Below, one piece after another: positions 9,806 through 19,898 of a stretch of 42,871 nucleotides of DNA (the first letter of the stretch is position 1; every line of letters begins with the position of its first letter). The position numbers and the translations under genes are program-made. Location: assembly GCA_039638295.1 (NCBI GenBank), contig JBDIWJ010000010.1:1-42871 (forward strand), given 5' to 3'. This DNA is from Candidatus Phoenicimicrobium oleiphilum. Its GTDB lineage: Bacteria; Atribacterota; Phoenicimicrobiia; Phoenicimicrobiales; Phoenicimicrobiaceae. A model generated the notes under the pieces. The model did not search any database. It was not told the DNA's origin and saw only the letters and a program-made list of their open reading frames with translations.

Positions 9806-11206
9806 TTACCTCGTCCTTAATTTTGGATGTAAAATTTTATCCATAGCAAAGCCGATAAATGCAAAAGTCATACCCATCAAAGCAATAAATAATCCAGGGG
9901 GGATAACCCACCACCATAGACCATTTATTACTGCTCCGCCAGTTAGGGCATCATGGAGTATCTGCCCCCAGGTTACTATCGTCGAATCACCTAACCCCAA
10001 CAGACTAATAGATGCTTCATACACAATGGCACTAGGGACATAAAGGGCCATTGAGGCAAAAGAATAAGGGATAAGTAGAGGCACCATATGTTTAAATATT
10101 ATTCTGCTGCTGGAAGATCCCAGAGCACGAGCAGCCTCAATATAGGTCTCTTCTTTAATTTGTAGCCCCATGCTCCGTACAGTTTTTACCGGCCCTACCC
10201 AGAAAAAACAACTCATCATTATAATCAGTATCCAGATACTGGGTTTAAATATCGCACTCATTACTATTAATACCGGAAGTAAAGGAATGCCCACAAAAAG
10301 TTCAAAGATTCTTTGCATTAAAGAGTCCCTCCATCCGCCTAGATAAGCACTCATCACTCCATAAATTACTCCGATAGAGACTGCAGTAAAAGCAGTTAAT
10401 AATCCAATAAGCAAAGCCCATTTCACACCAGCTACGACCCCACTCCATATATCTCTCTTGGAATTATCTGTACCGAGCCAACCTGAAACGCTTCCCGAAA
10501 GAGATAGGTACACATCTTCCACTACATCAGTCTCGCTGGGCAAGATAATCTCTGCAATTATTTTATAAGCTCCTTTAAGTGGGGTGGGATGAACCAGTAT
10601 TCCCTCTTTTGCTTCGGAAAATAAAATACTGGTTGGTTTAACCATTTCTCGTATAATTCGATTTTGTTCAGGACTTTCATATTTAGCGCCAAAATTATAG
10701 GATTCAATTCTTGTATCTTTGGCAATTGATATCCTGACTATCTTCCCATCACTTTTAGATATCGGTCTCCTAACCAGTTCAACAATCCGACCATCAGGCC
10801 TTTCTATGTTTAACATAATTACTGGTGAACCCTTAGCATAACCATGAAATATAACATCCAGAGGTGGTAGGTCATAGGAATATTCGTACTCAAAAATGGT
10901 TCTGGTCAATTTCATTTTCCTCATTTTCTCTTCTGAAAAAGTATGTTCTCTTATAATTAAAGAAGGGGCTCTTTTGGTAGAAGAAAACCAGTTGACCCAT
11001 ACTGGTGGAGCACTGACGGGATTATCTTCCCAATAAGTAATATCTCGCCAACGACTACTCGCTTCAGGGAAAGGTACAATGTAAGGATTTAAAAAAACAG
11101 CAAGGATAAATATAAATAACAAAATTAAACCGAATAAACCAAATTTAACATTCTTGAATTCATTCCAAAAATCTTTAAACCCTGCTTTAATATCAATCCA
11201 TTTCAT
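9806..11206 (-). CDS. oppC: Oligopeptide ABC transporter permease with large extracytoplasmic insert
   Basis: WLGTDNSKRDIW, YIEAARALG (EAA loop), WWWVIPPG. Confidence 0.9.
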   Translation of the reverse strand: MKWIDIKAGFKDFWNEFKNVKFGLFGLILLFIFILAVFLNPYIVPFPEASSRWRDITYWEDNPVSAPPVWVNWFSSTKRAPSLIIREHTFSEEKMRKMKLTRTIFEYEYSYDLPPLDVIFHGYAKGSPVIMLNIERPDGRIVELVRRPISKSDGKIVRISIAKDTRIESYNFGAKYESPEQNRIIREMVKPTSILFSEAKEGILVHPTPLKGAYKIIAEIILPSETDVVEDVYLSLSGSVSGWLGTDNSKRDIWSGVVAGVKWALLIGLLTAFTAVSIGVIYGVMSAYLGGWRDSLMQRIFELFVGIPLLPVLIVMSAIFKPSIWILIIMMSCFFWVGPVKTVRSMGLQIKEETYIEAARALGSSSSRIIFKHMVPLLIPYSFASMALYVPSAIVYEASISLLGLGDSTIVTWGQILHDALTGGAVINGLWWWVIPPGLFIALMGMTFAFIGFAMDKILHPKLRTR

Positions 11207-12249
11207 TACTGTTTCCCTCCCACCTTGATCCGGGGGTCAAGAAATCCGTAGATAAGGTCCAAGATAACCAATCCTCCTATATATAGTGCAGTTGTAACAA
11301 AAAGATTGCCCATTAAAACAGGAATATCATTCTGCTCAATAGAAATCCAGTAAAGATTCCCCAAACCAGGCCAGCTAAAAATTCCTTCAAAAATGATATT
11401 CCCTCCTACTGAGGCAAGAAGAGAAAGAAGAGCCATAGTTACTATAGGTGGGGCTGCAGTCCGCATAGCATGGCCATAGAGTACTTTTCGTTCTGGAATT
11501 CCTCTGGTCCGAGCTGCCATAATATAATCTTCTTGTAATATACTTAATACAATATTTCGGATAAGGAAGGCACTACCCCAAAAACCTATAATCACTAGAG
11601 TCAATACTGGTAGGGTCATATGATAAAAAAGGTCTGTATAATAAGCTAAGCCTGTGGGGGGAGGAATAGAATGCAATCCCCCTGAAGGAAATATTCTAAT
11701 AGTATAAGCAAAAAACATAATTACTAACATACCTAACCACCAGGAAGGCATACCATAAACAATCATAGTACCAATTGAGGTAGTTTTATCCAATAATTCT
11801 CCCGCTTTTTGTGCCTTTTTTATTCCTAACCATAATCCCAGAATAATATTAATAAATATAGCAGTTGTAAAAAGCAAGACAGTTCGAGGTAAACATTCGG
11901 CGATAATTGTCCAGACATCTGACTCTCCAGCAGAAGATCTAATTATAGTAGCTTTACCAAAGTTAAGAGAAAGTACATTAAGGGCTCTCCAGACAATCCG
12001 CTTCCAGATTGGTTTATCTAAGTGGTAGAGATGCTGTTTAAATTCTCTCCTTTCATTTATATAGCGGGTAAGCTCTTCTGGAGTCATTCGGGTATCCAGT
12101 CTCATAGTCTCGGCGTGAATCTCTTCTTCAATCTGAGACCTTAAAGTACTCTCCATTGTAGTATTAAAGAGGGCGGAATAAATGAAGATAAGTACAATAA
12201 AGATGGCTAAACCATAGATAATTCTTTTAATACAGTATTTCCAATACAT
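11206..12249 (-). CDS. oppB: Oligopeptide ABC transporter permease
   Basis: EDYIMAARTRG, EGIFSWPGLG, DLIYGFLDPRI. Confidence 0.92.
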   Translation of the reverse strand: MYWKYCIKRIIYGLAIFIVLIFIYSALFNTTMESTLRSQIEEEIHAETMRLDTRMTPEELTRYINERREFKQHLYHLDKPIWKRIVWRALNVLSLNFGKATIIRSSAGESDVWTIIAECLPRTVLLFTTAIFINIILGLWLGIKKAQKAGELLDKTTSIGTMIVYGMPSWWLGMLVIMFFAYTIRIFPSGGLHSIPPPTGLAYYTDLFYHMTLPVLTLVIIGFWGSAFLIRNIVLSILQEDYIMAARTRGIPERKVLYGHAMRTAAPPIVTMALLSLLASVGGNIIFEGIFSWPGLGNLYWISIEQNDIPVLMGNLFVTTALYIGGLVILDLIYGFLDPRIKVGGKQ

Positions 12250-12274
12250 TTATATGCTATTTCTCCTAATAAAT

Positions 12275-12389
12275 TCGTTAGTATTTAGTTGGCTAGTTAG
12301 TTGGTTAATTAGTAAATTAGTGTAGTATTGTTCTTTAATATGCTCATCCTTTAACTAGCTAACCAGGTAACCAACTAACCATCTAACTA
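12275..12389. repeat. Heptamer/octamer inverted tandem array
   Basis: TAGTATT TAGTTGGC TAGTTAGT TGGTTAAT TAGTAAAT, then the reverse arm TTTAACTA GCTAACCA GGTAACCA ACTAACCA TCTAACTA. Confidence 0.8.
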
Positions 12390-12439
12390 AAAAAGGGCAG
12401 TGCCCTCTATATGGGAAACTATTTGATAGAGGGCACTGC
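12389..12439 (-). terminator. Intrinsic terminator / stabilising hairpin after the binding-protein gene
   Basis: 14-bp perfect stem GCAGTGCCCTCTAT/ATAGAGGGCACTGC followed by a T run on the minus strand. Confidence 0.75.
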
Positions 12440-12454
12440 GCGAATTAAATTCCT

Positions 12455-14962
12455 CTAATATATCACTGTTGAGCCTGCGGTTGAAGCTGGTACAGCCCCT
12501 TCAATTGAGGCACTGACTAAGATGGTGTACGAACCCTCTTCCAAATCTTTAATTGCATCTGCAGGTATAATTGCCTCAAATAATCCACCATCCATAAATT
12601 TAGCTTTAAAAGATAATTCTTCTGTAGGAGTTATCAGTATAACTGTGACCTCTCCCCCCTCGGCTATCTTGGCTGTTCCTTCCGGATATAATACTTCAGA
12701 TACTTGAACCTTCACCGGTATGCCTTCTTTTTTAGAGAGACGTAAATACATGGAAGGTATGTCAACACTATCAATCCGTACCGTAGTAGCAGCCAACTTA
12801 TTGGGCCAGTAATCAGGAGTAAAGGGATACTCTGGATCGCGGAAAGCAGTTAATTCTACATAATTTGTTGTTGGATCATATTTTTCCATATAGAATGGAC
12901 CGTTGCCTATAAAGGCATGGCCTTTCTCATCAATCCATTTGATAGCTGCCTCATATCCGGCCTTCGCCTCTTCAACTGTAACATAATCTTTTAGAGATAT
13001 CGGTACATGATTATTATCTTTCAGTTCTACCAGTTTTGCTCTAATATCTGCTACACAGGATGGTCTTAACAAGTCTACCTGCTCCACCCCTTCTGAAGGA
13101 GTAAAGCTGTAAACTGTACCAGATGCACTACCATTTGCTACTAATTCTGCCAGGGCTTCAAAAACCTCCCAGGGGAGTACAATATATCGTCCTGAGAGAG
13201 ATACCCAGGGAGAGCCATTGGCAGCTACTCTTTCTTTAGATGGCGGGAAATTGTAATCGAAATAATTAGTAATAGTACCATCTGGATTTAAAGTCATACC
13301 CTTACTAATTTCCCAGTCAGGTCTATGAGATGACTCATAAGCTGCATCATAATATTTATCATCATCGCCATCTTTATTTATCCACTCAGTTACAAAGGCA
13401 TCGGCATAAAGAATATTAGCAATAGTCATAGGAAGGCCATGATGGAAGTTTCCAAAGAGGAAGCTGTAGGTCCCTGCACTCATTGCAGTTTCTCCTGCAC
13501 CAACTTTATACCACTCTTTCTTCGCTGAATCATACTTTATCGCTTCTGGAGATACTGGAATTTTACCTATAACTTCTCCGGTTTCATCCCGATCTACCTC
13601 TGTCCTGATATCTTCAGGGATAACTCTCCAAGGAGTAGCAATTGCACTGGCTGGGCTTTCAAAGGTAGCTCTATCAAATAGAGGTTCAGCTATAACCAGA
13701 CTATAGACATCATTAAAACCTTCTGTACCGATGGGGTCCCAGGCAGACATAAACAAGGCTCCCTTGGCAGAAAATTCGGTAACTCTTAATTCTTTATTCT
13801 TAGTATCCGCCGTAATAATAGACCAATTATTTAAGCCATCACCCAAACCGTAACACATTCTCTTGTTAAAGGAGGCTTTGTGAGTGGCATAATAATCATT
13901 CTGGTAGGCTACATATATCCTGCAGGCATCTTTTAGAGCCAATTCTAAAGCTTCTAACACAGTTTCCCAGTATTCTTCTTCAGTCAAGAAATTTCCCGTA
14001 TAAGCCTTTTTAGTTAATCGGTCAATTTCTTCATTCTCGTAGTGCCATTTATCATCTGGCCCACCAGCCATGTAACCATACCAGGGGGCGTACATCTGAC
14101 AGACAATATGTTCCCAGAATGCTCTGGTCGCTCCGGCCCCCCAACCCTCAGTATAGATATTCCATTGATAATCTGCCGGGTCAGAATAATAGGAAGTTTT
14201 TATACACTTAACTCGATCCCAAAGACAACGTTCTACTTTAATTCCTGCTTTTTCAATCTGGGAAGCCACATACTCTCCCTCTTTCATCCTTCCTTGAGGG
14301 TCATCGACCCTGATTAGAAAATTAATAGTTACTGGTTCACCATCAAAGGTCCACCATTTTTCCTGTTTTACCAATCTTCCCTGTAATTCTGGTAGAGTTG
14401 CAGCTTCCTGTAAGGCACTTGTTATCTCTTCTATGGCTTTCTTTTCATTCCCTTCAGGGGTAAATCCCATTCGATTAGCTACCAGGTTGTATTTATAAGT
14501 ACCTGGTTGTCCTGGGGTAGCCATAGTAAACATGGGACCGCCAGCACCACCCAAAATTTCATCCACAATATACTTACGGTTAATCAGATCATTCATAGCA
14601 AACCTTACTTCTCTGATGGCAAAGGGATTGAAAAATTCCTTGTCTTCTACTTTTACTATGTAAGGGGGTGCATTGGGTATGGGATTAAAGTTAAGTGACC
14701 AGGAGCCTGAGGGTACAGAATATATGTCCAATTTATCTCTAGTAGCCTGGTCTAAACCCATAATGGTAGGACCACTAACTCCCCAGAAGAAGATATCGGT
14801 TAAGCCTTCAGCGGTATCTTTTAGACCAATTTCTTCTGACATTCTGACATTGAAATAAACCTTATCTACAATAGGACCTTTTACTTCTGCTAAGACTGAG
14901 GTGATCAGGATGAACAAAATTATTAAACTAAGCAAACACAAAATAAGCGTTTTTCTAAACAT
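12455..14962 (-). CDS. oppA: Oligopeptide ABC substrate-binding protein (family 5, large Thermococcales/Thermotogales-like type)
   Basis: Signal peptide, FNPFAIREVRFAMNDLINR, GNGPFYMEKYD; first gene of the opp cluster; AAGGAGG RBS. Confidence 0.85.
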   Translation of the reverse strand: MFRKTLILCLLSLIILFILITSVLAEVKGPIVDKVYFNVRMSEEIGLKDTAEGLTDIFFWGVSGPTIMGLDQATRDKLDIYSVPSGSWSLNFNPIPNAPPYIVKVEDKEFFNPFAIREVRFAMNDLINRKYIVDEILGGAGGPMFTMATPGQPGTYKYNLVANRMGFTPEGNEKKAIEEITSALQEAATLPELQGRLVKQEKWWTFDGEPVTINFLIRVDDPQGRMKEGEYVASQIEKAGIKVERCLWDRVKCIKTSYYSDPADYQWNIYTEGWGAGATRAFWEHIVCQMYAPWYGYMAGGPDDKWHYENEEIDRLTKKAYTGNFLTEEEYWETVLEALELALKDACRIYVAYQNDYYATHKASFNKRMCYGLGDGLNNWSIITADTKNKELRVTEFSAKGALFMSAWDPIGTEGFNDVYSLVIAEPLFDRATFESPASAIATPWRVIPEDIRTEVDRDETGEVIGKIPVSPEAIKYDSAKKEWYKVGAGETAMSAGTYSFLFGNFHHGLPMTIANILYADAFVTEWINKDGDDDKYYDAAYESSHRPDWEISKGMTLNPDGTITNYFDYNFPPSKERVAANGSPWVSLSGRYIVLPWEVFEALAELVANGSASGTVYSFTPSEGVEQVDLLRPSCVADIRAKLVELKDNNHVPISLKDYVTVEEAKAGYEAAIKWIDEKGHAFIGNGPFYMEKYDPTTNYVELTAFRDPEYPFTPDYWPNKLAATTVRIDSVDIPSMYLRLSKKEGIPVKVQVSEVLYPEGTAKIAEGGEVTVILITPTEELSFKAKFMDGGLFEAIIPADAIKDLEEGSYTILVSASIEGAVPASTAGSTVIY

Positions 14963-15038
14963 TTTAATTATTTTACCTCCTTTTATTTTAAATATTTAAT
15001 TTCAAAAAACTAACCTTTAAAATTCTTTTCCTCTTTAA

Positions 15039-15050
15039 CCACCTCCTTAA
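15039..15050 (-). promoter_or_regulatory. Orphan Shine-Dalgarno motif in the oppA leader
   Basis: TAAGGAGGTGG with no start codon at usable spacing, about 60 nt upstream of the true RBS. Confidence 0.45.
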
Positions 15051-15202
15051 TACCGATAAGATTATTTCTCTGGTATACTATTCTGTTCTTCAACCTGAAG
15101 TTTTCTCGGCAAAAATCTATAAGATTACTTTTTCCGTGGTAATATTAATAATACTACAACTATATTTAAAGAGTCCTTCTTTTTCATAAATATTTTTTTA
15201 GA

Positions 15203-15236
15203 AAAAATACAGGGAACAATGGTTCTCTGTCATTTT
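15203..15236. repeat. AGAACC(G/A)TCC-type palindromic repeat, copy 2
   Basis: Minus strand AAAATGACAGAGAACCATTGTTCCCTGT directly after the TAA of the DAK2-DegV gene. Confidence 0.6.
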
Positions 15237-17042
15237 TTAAGAATCCCCCAGGACTGCAATAGCCGCTCCGCCAATACCAATATGTATACTCAAGGCAGGA
15301 GAGGCCTCAACAATCATAACTTTTGAAGAATTAAATATATTATGAATTTTGTCACAATACCATTGAGCTAGCTCCGGTACCGCTACATGAGCAATAGCAA
15401 AACGAGGATTCTTAACTCTTTTCGCAAATTTAATCGCTAAATCTAAAGTCTTATACACTACTCTTTTTTGTCCAATCACTTTAGCGGCTTCAACTATATA
15501 TCCGTCAGAGTTGACAGTCATAATAGGTTTTAAATTAAGAATTGTACCTAAAAATCCTTTAGTTTTATTTAACCGCCCACTACGCATCAGATATTTTAGG
15601 GTAGGGATACTGATAAAAATTTTAATATTATCTACAGCAATTTTTAATCGGTTAATTATTTCTTCAAGTTTGCACCCTTTTTGAATTAATTGAGCTGCCT
15701 CAGCAACCAACAACCCTAAAGCAACTGAACTTGTTTTGCTATCAATAATGTGAATTTTATTATTATACTCCATTTCCCTACAACCCATACGCGCACCCTG
15801 AATCGTTCCACTTAATTTTCCCGAAATATGTAATGAAATTATAGATTCGTATTTTGGGGCAATATTATGGTAAATGTCTTTAAAATAGGCAGGAGGTGGC
15901 TGAGAAGTAAGCAGTCTTTCTGAAGAGGTCTTTAATATACGATTAAAATCCACAGGCTTAAGCTCCACTTTATCCAAATAACTCTTTCTGCCTATTTGGA
16001 TAACAATGGGTACAATCTGTATATTATACTTTTTAATTATTTCAGGTGGTAAATCACAGGTTGAATCGGTAACTAATCCGATATTTTCTGTCTGGGTGCT
16101 GAGTTTAATCTTAGTATGTTTTTGCGACATATCATCAACTTTAGTTTTTACTATAGTGCCATATTCGGATAGAACAGAAAAAACTCTTTCTGGTTTATCG
16201 GTATGAATATGAATATGGGCTTTACTTTCAGAACCGGCAATAATTAACGAATTACCCAGGTGAGAGATTTTTTGTCTGATTATCTCCCGATCTTGGCTAA
16301 TGCCTTCGAGCAAGCATTCAGCACAAAATTGGAAATTAATCTTGGAATTTGTTTGATTTTGTTTAAAGTTCTTAATTTTACCTTTGGCAGAAGCTTCTAC
16401 TTCTAAAGATCTAATTCTGCCATATTCAATAAAATCGACTATTCCTTCTAATAAATTGACAAAGCCCTGGGCACCTGCATCAACAACGCCTGCTTTTTTT
16501 AATATCTGAAGTTTATTAGGTGTTTGGGCCAAAGAATACTTTGCCTTAGATAATGATTTTTTAAAAAGTTCAAAAAAATCAGGGGTGTAGGGGGCATGTT
16601 CGGTAAGATGATTTGCCCAATCCTTCATTACGGTTATAATAGTGCCTTCTTGAGGGTTGGAAATTGCTTTCTTAGCTTGTTCTGCTGCCTGAATAGCTGC
16701 AGCCGCAAAGGCTTCGGTAGTAAGACGTACTTTTCCTTTAGTTGCTTCTGCTAAGCCTTGAAAAAATTGAGCCAGAATAGCCCCAGAGTTACCACGTGCT
16801 CCAGTTAAAGCTGAATTAGCAATAACAGAACTGATTCCAGCAAAAGATGATTCCTTACATTTTTTTACCCCTTGCACAATACTATTCATCGTTATAGACA
16901 TATTGGTACCAGTATCTCCATCTGCTACCGGAAAAACATTAATATCATTAAGATACCGCTCCATCTGGTTTACCCGCTGGGCAGAATGCACAATAAAACG
17001 TTTAAAACGAATGCCATTTAAATATTTTATTTTTATTTTCAT
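15237..17042 (-). CDS. DAK2 (FakA-like) - DegV (FakB-like) fusion, putative fatty-acid kinase
   Basis: NVFPVADGDTGTNM, GARGNSG and GVVDAG (DAK2); VTDSTCDLP, TSQP and SGKLSGT (DegV). Start re-called to ATG 17042. Confidence 0.9.
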   Translation of the reverse strand: MKIKIKYLNGIRFKRFIVHSAQRVNQMERYLNDINVFPVADGDTGTNMSITMNSIVQGVKKCKESSFAGISSVIANSALTGARGNSGAILAQFFQGLAEATKGKVRLTTEAFAAAAIQAAEQAKKAISNPQEGTIITVMKDWANHLTEHAPYTPDFFELFKKSLSKAKYSLAQTPNKLQILKKAGVVDAGAQGFVNLLEGIVDFIEYGRIRSLEVEASAKGKIKNFKQNQTNSKINFQFCAECLLEGISQDREIIRQKISHLGNSLIIAGSESKAHIHIHTDKPERVFSVLSEYGTIVKTKVDDMSQKHTKIKLSTQTENIGLVTDSTCDLPPEIIKKYNIQIVPIVIQIGRKSYLDKVELKPVDFNRILKTSSERLLTSQPPPAYFKDIYHNIAPKYESIISLHISGKLSGTIQGARMGCREMEYNNKIHIIDSKTSSVALGLLVAEAAQLIQKGCKLEEIINRLKIAVDNIKIFISIPTLKYLMRSGRLNKTKGFLGTILNLKPIMTVNSDGYIVEAAKVIGQKRVVYKTLDLAIKFAKRVKNPRFAIAHVAVPELAQWYCDKIHNIFNSSKVMIVEASPALSIHIGIGGAAIAVLGDS

Positions 17043-17183
17043 CACTACAGTATTATCAGAGGAGCAAACTCTTCTGAAACCCCTATTTTTTATTATAATA
17101 ACACTCTTAGAAAATTTATTCAAAATTTTCTAAACATAAGATTTCCTTTAAGACAAAGAAAAAGGTAAAAAGATTAGCCCTTT

Positions 17184-17738
17184 TCATTTTGACAGTCTAT
17201 AGCTATTATAACTTCTGATTTGATTCAGTTCTTTTCGTTTTTTGGGACGTATCTCTTTAGATGCCGGGTAGCCCATTGTTATAATAAGCTCAACCCTTCT
17301 ATTTGAAGGAATATTAAGTAACTTTTTTACCCCTTTTTCGTCAAACCAGCCGAGCATACAAGTTCCTAATCCTTCTTCTGTTGCCTGAAGGCAAAAATGT
17401 TCAGCAGCAATTCCGATATCAATAAGGCTAAATTGTTTATCTTTAATTGCTTCCGCAACTTTGTTTAAAAAGCCTGGTCTTTCCGAAATTATTATAATTA
17501 AAACAGGTGCTTGCAGAGAAAATCGATTAAAAGAGATAAGTTTATCAAAAGTTTTTTTAGCCACTGCTTCTTTTAATTTTGGATCATCTATTACAATAAA
17601 ACTCCAGGGTTGAGAATTACTGGCAGAAGGTGCAAGGCGTACCGCCTCCAGACACCTCTCAATCTTCTCCCGCTCAACAGGTTTATCCAGATATTTCCTC
17701 ACACTTTGTCTTGTTTTTACTAAGTCTAAAAATTTCAT
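17184..17738 (-). CDS. Nitroreductase-family flavoprotein
   Basis: RQSVRKY, LAPSASNSQPW, GLGTCMLG. ATG 17738 follows GAGGA. Confidence 0.92.
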   Translation of the reverse strand: MKFLDLVKTRQSVRKYLDKPVEREKIERCLEAVRLAPSASNSQPWSFIVIDDPKLKEAVAKKTFDKLISFNRFSLQAPVLIIIISERPGFLNKVAEAIKDKQFSLIDIGIAAEHFCLQATEEGLGTCMLGWFDEKGVKKLLNIPSNRRVELIITMGYPASKEIRPKKRKELNQIRSYNSYRLSK

Positions 17739-17783
17739 TTGCTTCCTCATTTAACCATAGGGGGGTCCCCCCTGTTCTTTATT

Positions 17784-19796
17784 CTATTTTTTAATTTCTA
17801 CTAAACAATTGTGAAAGGCAGTGCCATATCCTATATCGCTTACATATTCTCCGGTGAGTTTATTAAGGTTGACCTGGTGGACTCCATCCCACCAGCCAAA
17901 ATAGATATGCACAATTCCAGGAGGCATTTTTTCAGTAAGTATAGACTTTAAAATTAAGCTACCTCTGTCGTTATATACTTCTACCTTGTCGCCATCATTA
18001 ATTCCCCTATTTCCTGCATCTTCAGGATTAATCCAGATAAGCGGCTCTTCTTGGAAAATCTCTCTGTTTGAAAATTGAGAATTCATTTTATTTAAGGAAT
18101 GAGCGCTTATAAGAGTTAAAGGATATTTTGCATAAAGCTCGGGGGAAGAATATTTATTTTCTATTGGTTCATAATAAAAAGGTAAAGGATTTAGTCCCCA
18201 TCGATCTTTCATCTGTTGAGAGTAAAATTCTATCTTACCAGTAGAAGTATTAAATTTTAAATCATTAAATGCTATTTCTTGATAGCTGGAGTGAAGATAG
18301 GGTTTTTCTATTAATTCTTCGATGTTGGTATTTAAATTAGAGCTGCTGATTATTTTTTCTATAGTATCTAAATTATTTTCTGGTAAATAATCTAAACTAA
18401 ATCCAAATTTTTTACCCAAAAGTCTATATATTTCACTTTCGTGCTTACATTCACCAGGAGGGTTAATCACTCTTTGTTGAAGTTGAATGTAAGAATGACC
18501 ATATCCGCTAATAAGGTCATAATACTCATACATCGATGCCGCTGGTAAGACAATATCAGCTATTCTGGCGGTATCGGTTAAAAAAAGATCAACAACCACT
18601 ATTAAATCTAATTTATTCATCGTCTCAGCTAACCGATTAATATCCGGATTACTGGTCATAGGATTCGCTTGCTCAATCCACATTGCTTTTACCGGTGGGT
18701 TAATTTGATTCTCTATTCCGCTAGCCAATTTGGCTACCGCTATAGAATTACGGATTCTCTCTGGTTTTTCTGGGAAAAAGGGCCAATTTAACTCAGGTGC
18801 CTGTTTATCACTAAAGTAAAATCCACAACCTTTTTTCCCAATGCTTCCAGTTAATGCCGGTAGAAGAGAAATAGCCCTTACCGTCTGCCCTGCATTAGTA
18901 TATCTTTGAACTCCCATCCCACAGATAAGGGCATACCCAGGGCTTTCCTTTATATAATTAATTATACTTTTAATTTTAGATATAGGAATTTTTGTGATAC
19001 CAGAAACTTTATCTAAAGGGTAATTTTTTACCAATTCCTTAAACTCAGTAAAGCCAAAAGTATGTTGGTCAATAAAATTTTCATCTATCATATTATTCTC
19101 GATAAGTTGATTGGCTATCCCTAGAGCAAGACAACCATCTGTTCCTGGTCGAGGGTATAAATATAAATTACTTTTGCTTCCTGACTCATTTTCCCTAATA
19201 TCAATAATTATTAATTTTGCTCCCTTATCCACCGCTTTGCTTATATAATGCATTAGGTGGATATTGGTATAGGCGGGATTTGAGCCCCATAATATTATCA
19301 ATTTTGAGTTTTCTAAATCAGAAATTTTATTATGTTTTACTTCTCCATAAGTTAAACTAATCGCTTCCTGAGCGGCGGAGTCGCACAAACCACCATAAGT
19401 GGAAGTGAAACCACCAAACTGATACCAGAAACTGTAAGCACAATTTTTCACTACACCCAAATTAGCAAATCTCTGATAATATAAAATCGACTCCGAGCCA
19501 TACTGCCATCTCAAATTCTTTAGATTTTCATAAATTATATCTAAAGCCTGTTCCCAGCTAATCCTTTTAAATTCACCTTCCACTCTCTTGCCAATCCTCT
19601 GCAACGGATATAATAATCTTTCCGGGCTATATACCATATTGGAATAGTTCTTTCCTTTAATACATATCCTACCCTGATTTACTGGACTATTATGGTTCCC
19701 CCTAACTTTTATTATCTTTCCTTTTTCAACCTCTACTTCCAGCGAGCAGGAACCGAAACAATCCTTAGGACAAACAGAGTTTACAGTTTTAAACAT
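17784..19796 (-). CDS. Molybdopterin (DMSO-reductase superfamily) oxidoreductase, cytoplasmic
   Basis: CPKDCFGSC...C [4Fe-4S] motif, ISWEQAL, PRPGTDG, TARIADIVLPA, C-terminal YNDRG; no Tat signal. ATG 19796 follows AAGGAG. Confidence 0.9.
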   Translation of the reverse strand: MFKTVNSVCPKDCFGSCSLEVEVEKGKIIKVRGNHNSPVNQGRICIKGKNYSNMVYSPERLLYPLQRIGKRVEGEFKRISWEQALDIIYENLKNLRWQYGSESILYYQRFANLGVVKNCAYSFWYQFGGFTSTYGGLCDSAAQEAISLTYGEVKHNKISDLENSKLIILWGSNPAYTNIHLMHYISKAVDKGAKLIIIDIRENESGSKSNLYLYPRPGTDGCLALGIANQLIENNMIDENFIDQHTFGFTEFKELVKNYPLDKVSGITKIPISKIKSIINYIKESPGYALICGMGVQRYTNAGQTVRAISLLPALTGSIGKKGCGFYFSDKQAPELNWPFFPEKPERIRNSIAVAKLASGIENQINPPVKAMWIEQANPMTSNPDINRLAETMNKLDLIVVVDLFLTDTARIADIVLPAASMYEYYDLISGYGHSYIQLQQRVINPPGECKHESEIYRLLGKKFGFSLDYLPENNLDTIEKIISSSNLNTNIEELIEKPYLHSSYQEIAFNDLKFNTSTGKIEFYSQQMKDRWGLNPLPFYYEPIENKYSSPELYAKYPLTLISAHSLNKMNSQFSNREIFQEEPLIWINPEDAGNRGINDGDKVEVYNDRGSLILKSILTEKMPPGIVHIYFGWWDGVHQVNLNKLTGEYVSDIGYGTAFHNCLVEIKK

Positions 19797-19898
19797 ATTT
19801 GCTCCTTTAAATATCTCAATAATTTTGTTAGTCTTTCTGAAAAACAATATTTTTATCAATTAAATAATTAGTTTAGCCAAGGATGAAGTTTTAAAAAA

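Noticed and set aside
15125..15187. 20-aa leader peptide MKKKDSLNIVVVLLILPRKK upstream of oppA
   Set aside because: No RBS and no attenuator structure; probably chance in AT-rich promoter DNA.
17784..19796. Selenocysteine-containing formate dehydrogenase
   Set aside because: No in-frame TGA, no FDH-type C/U-H motif, and no partner subunits.
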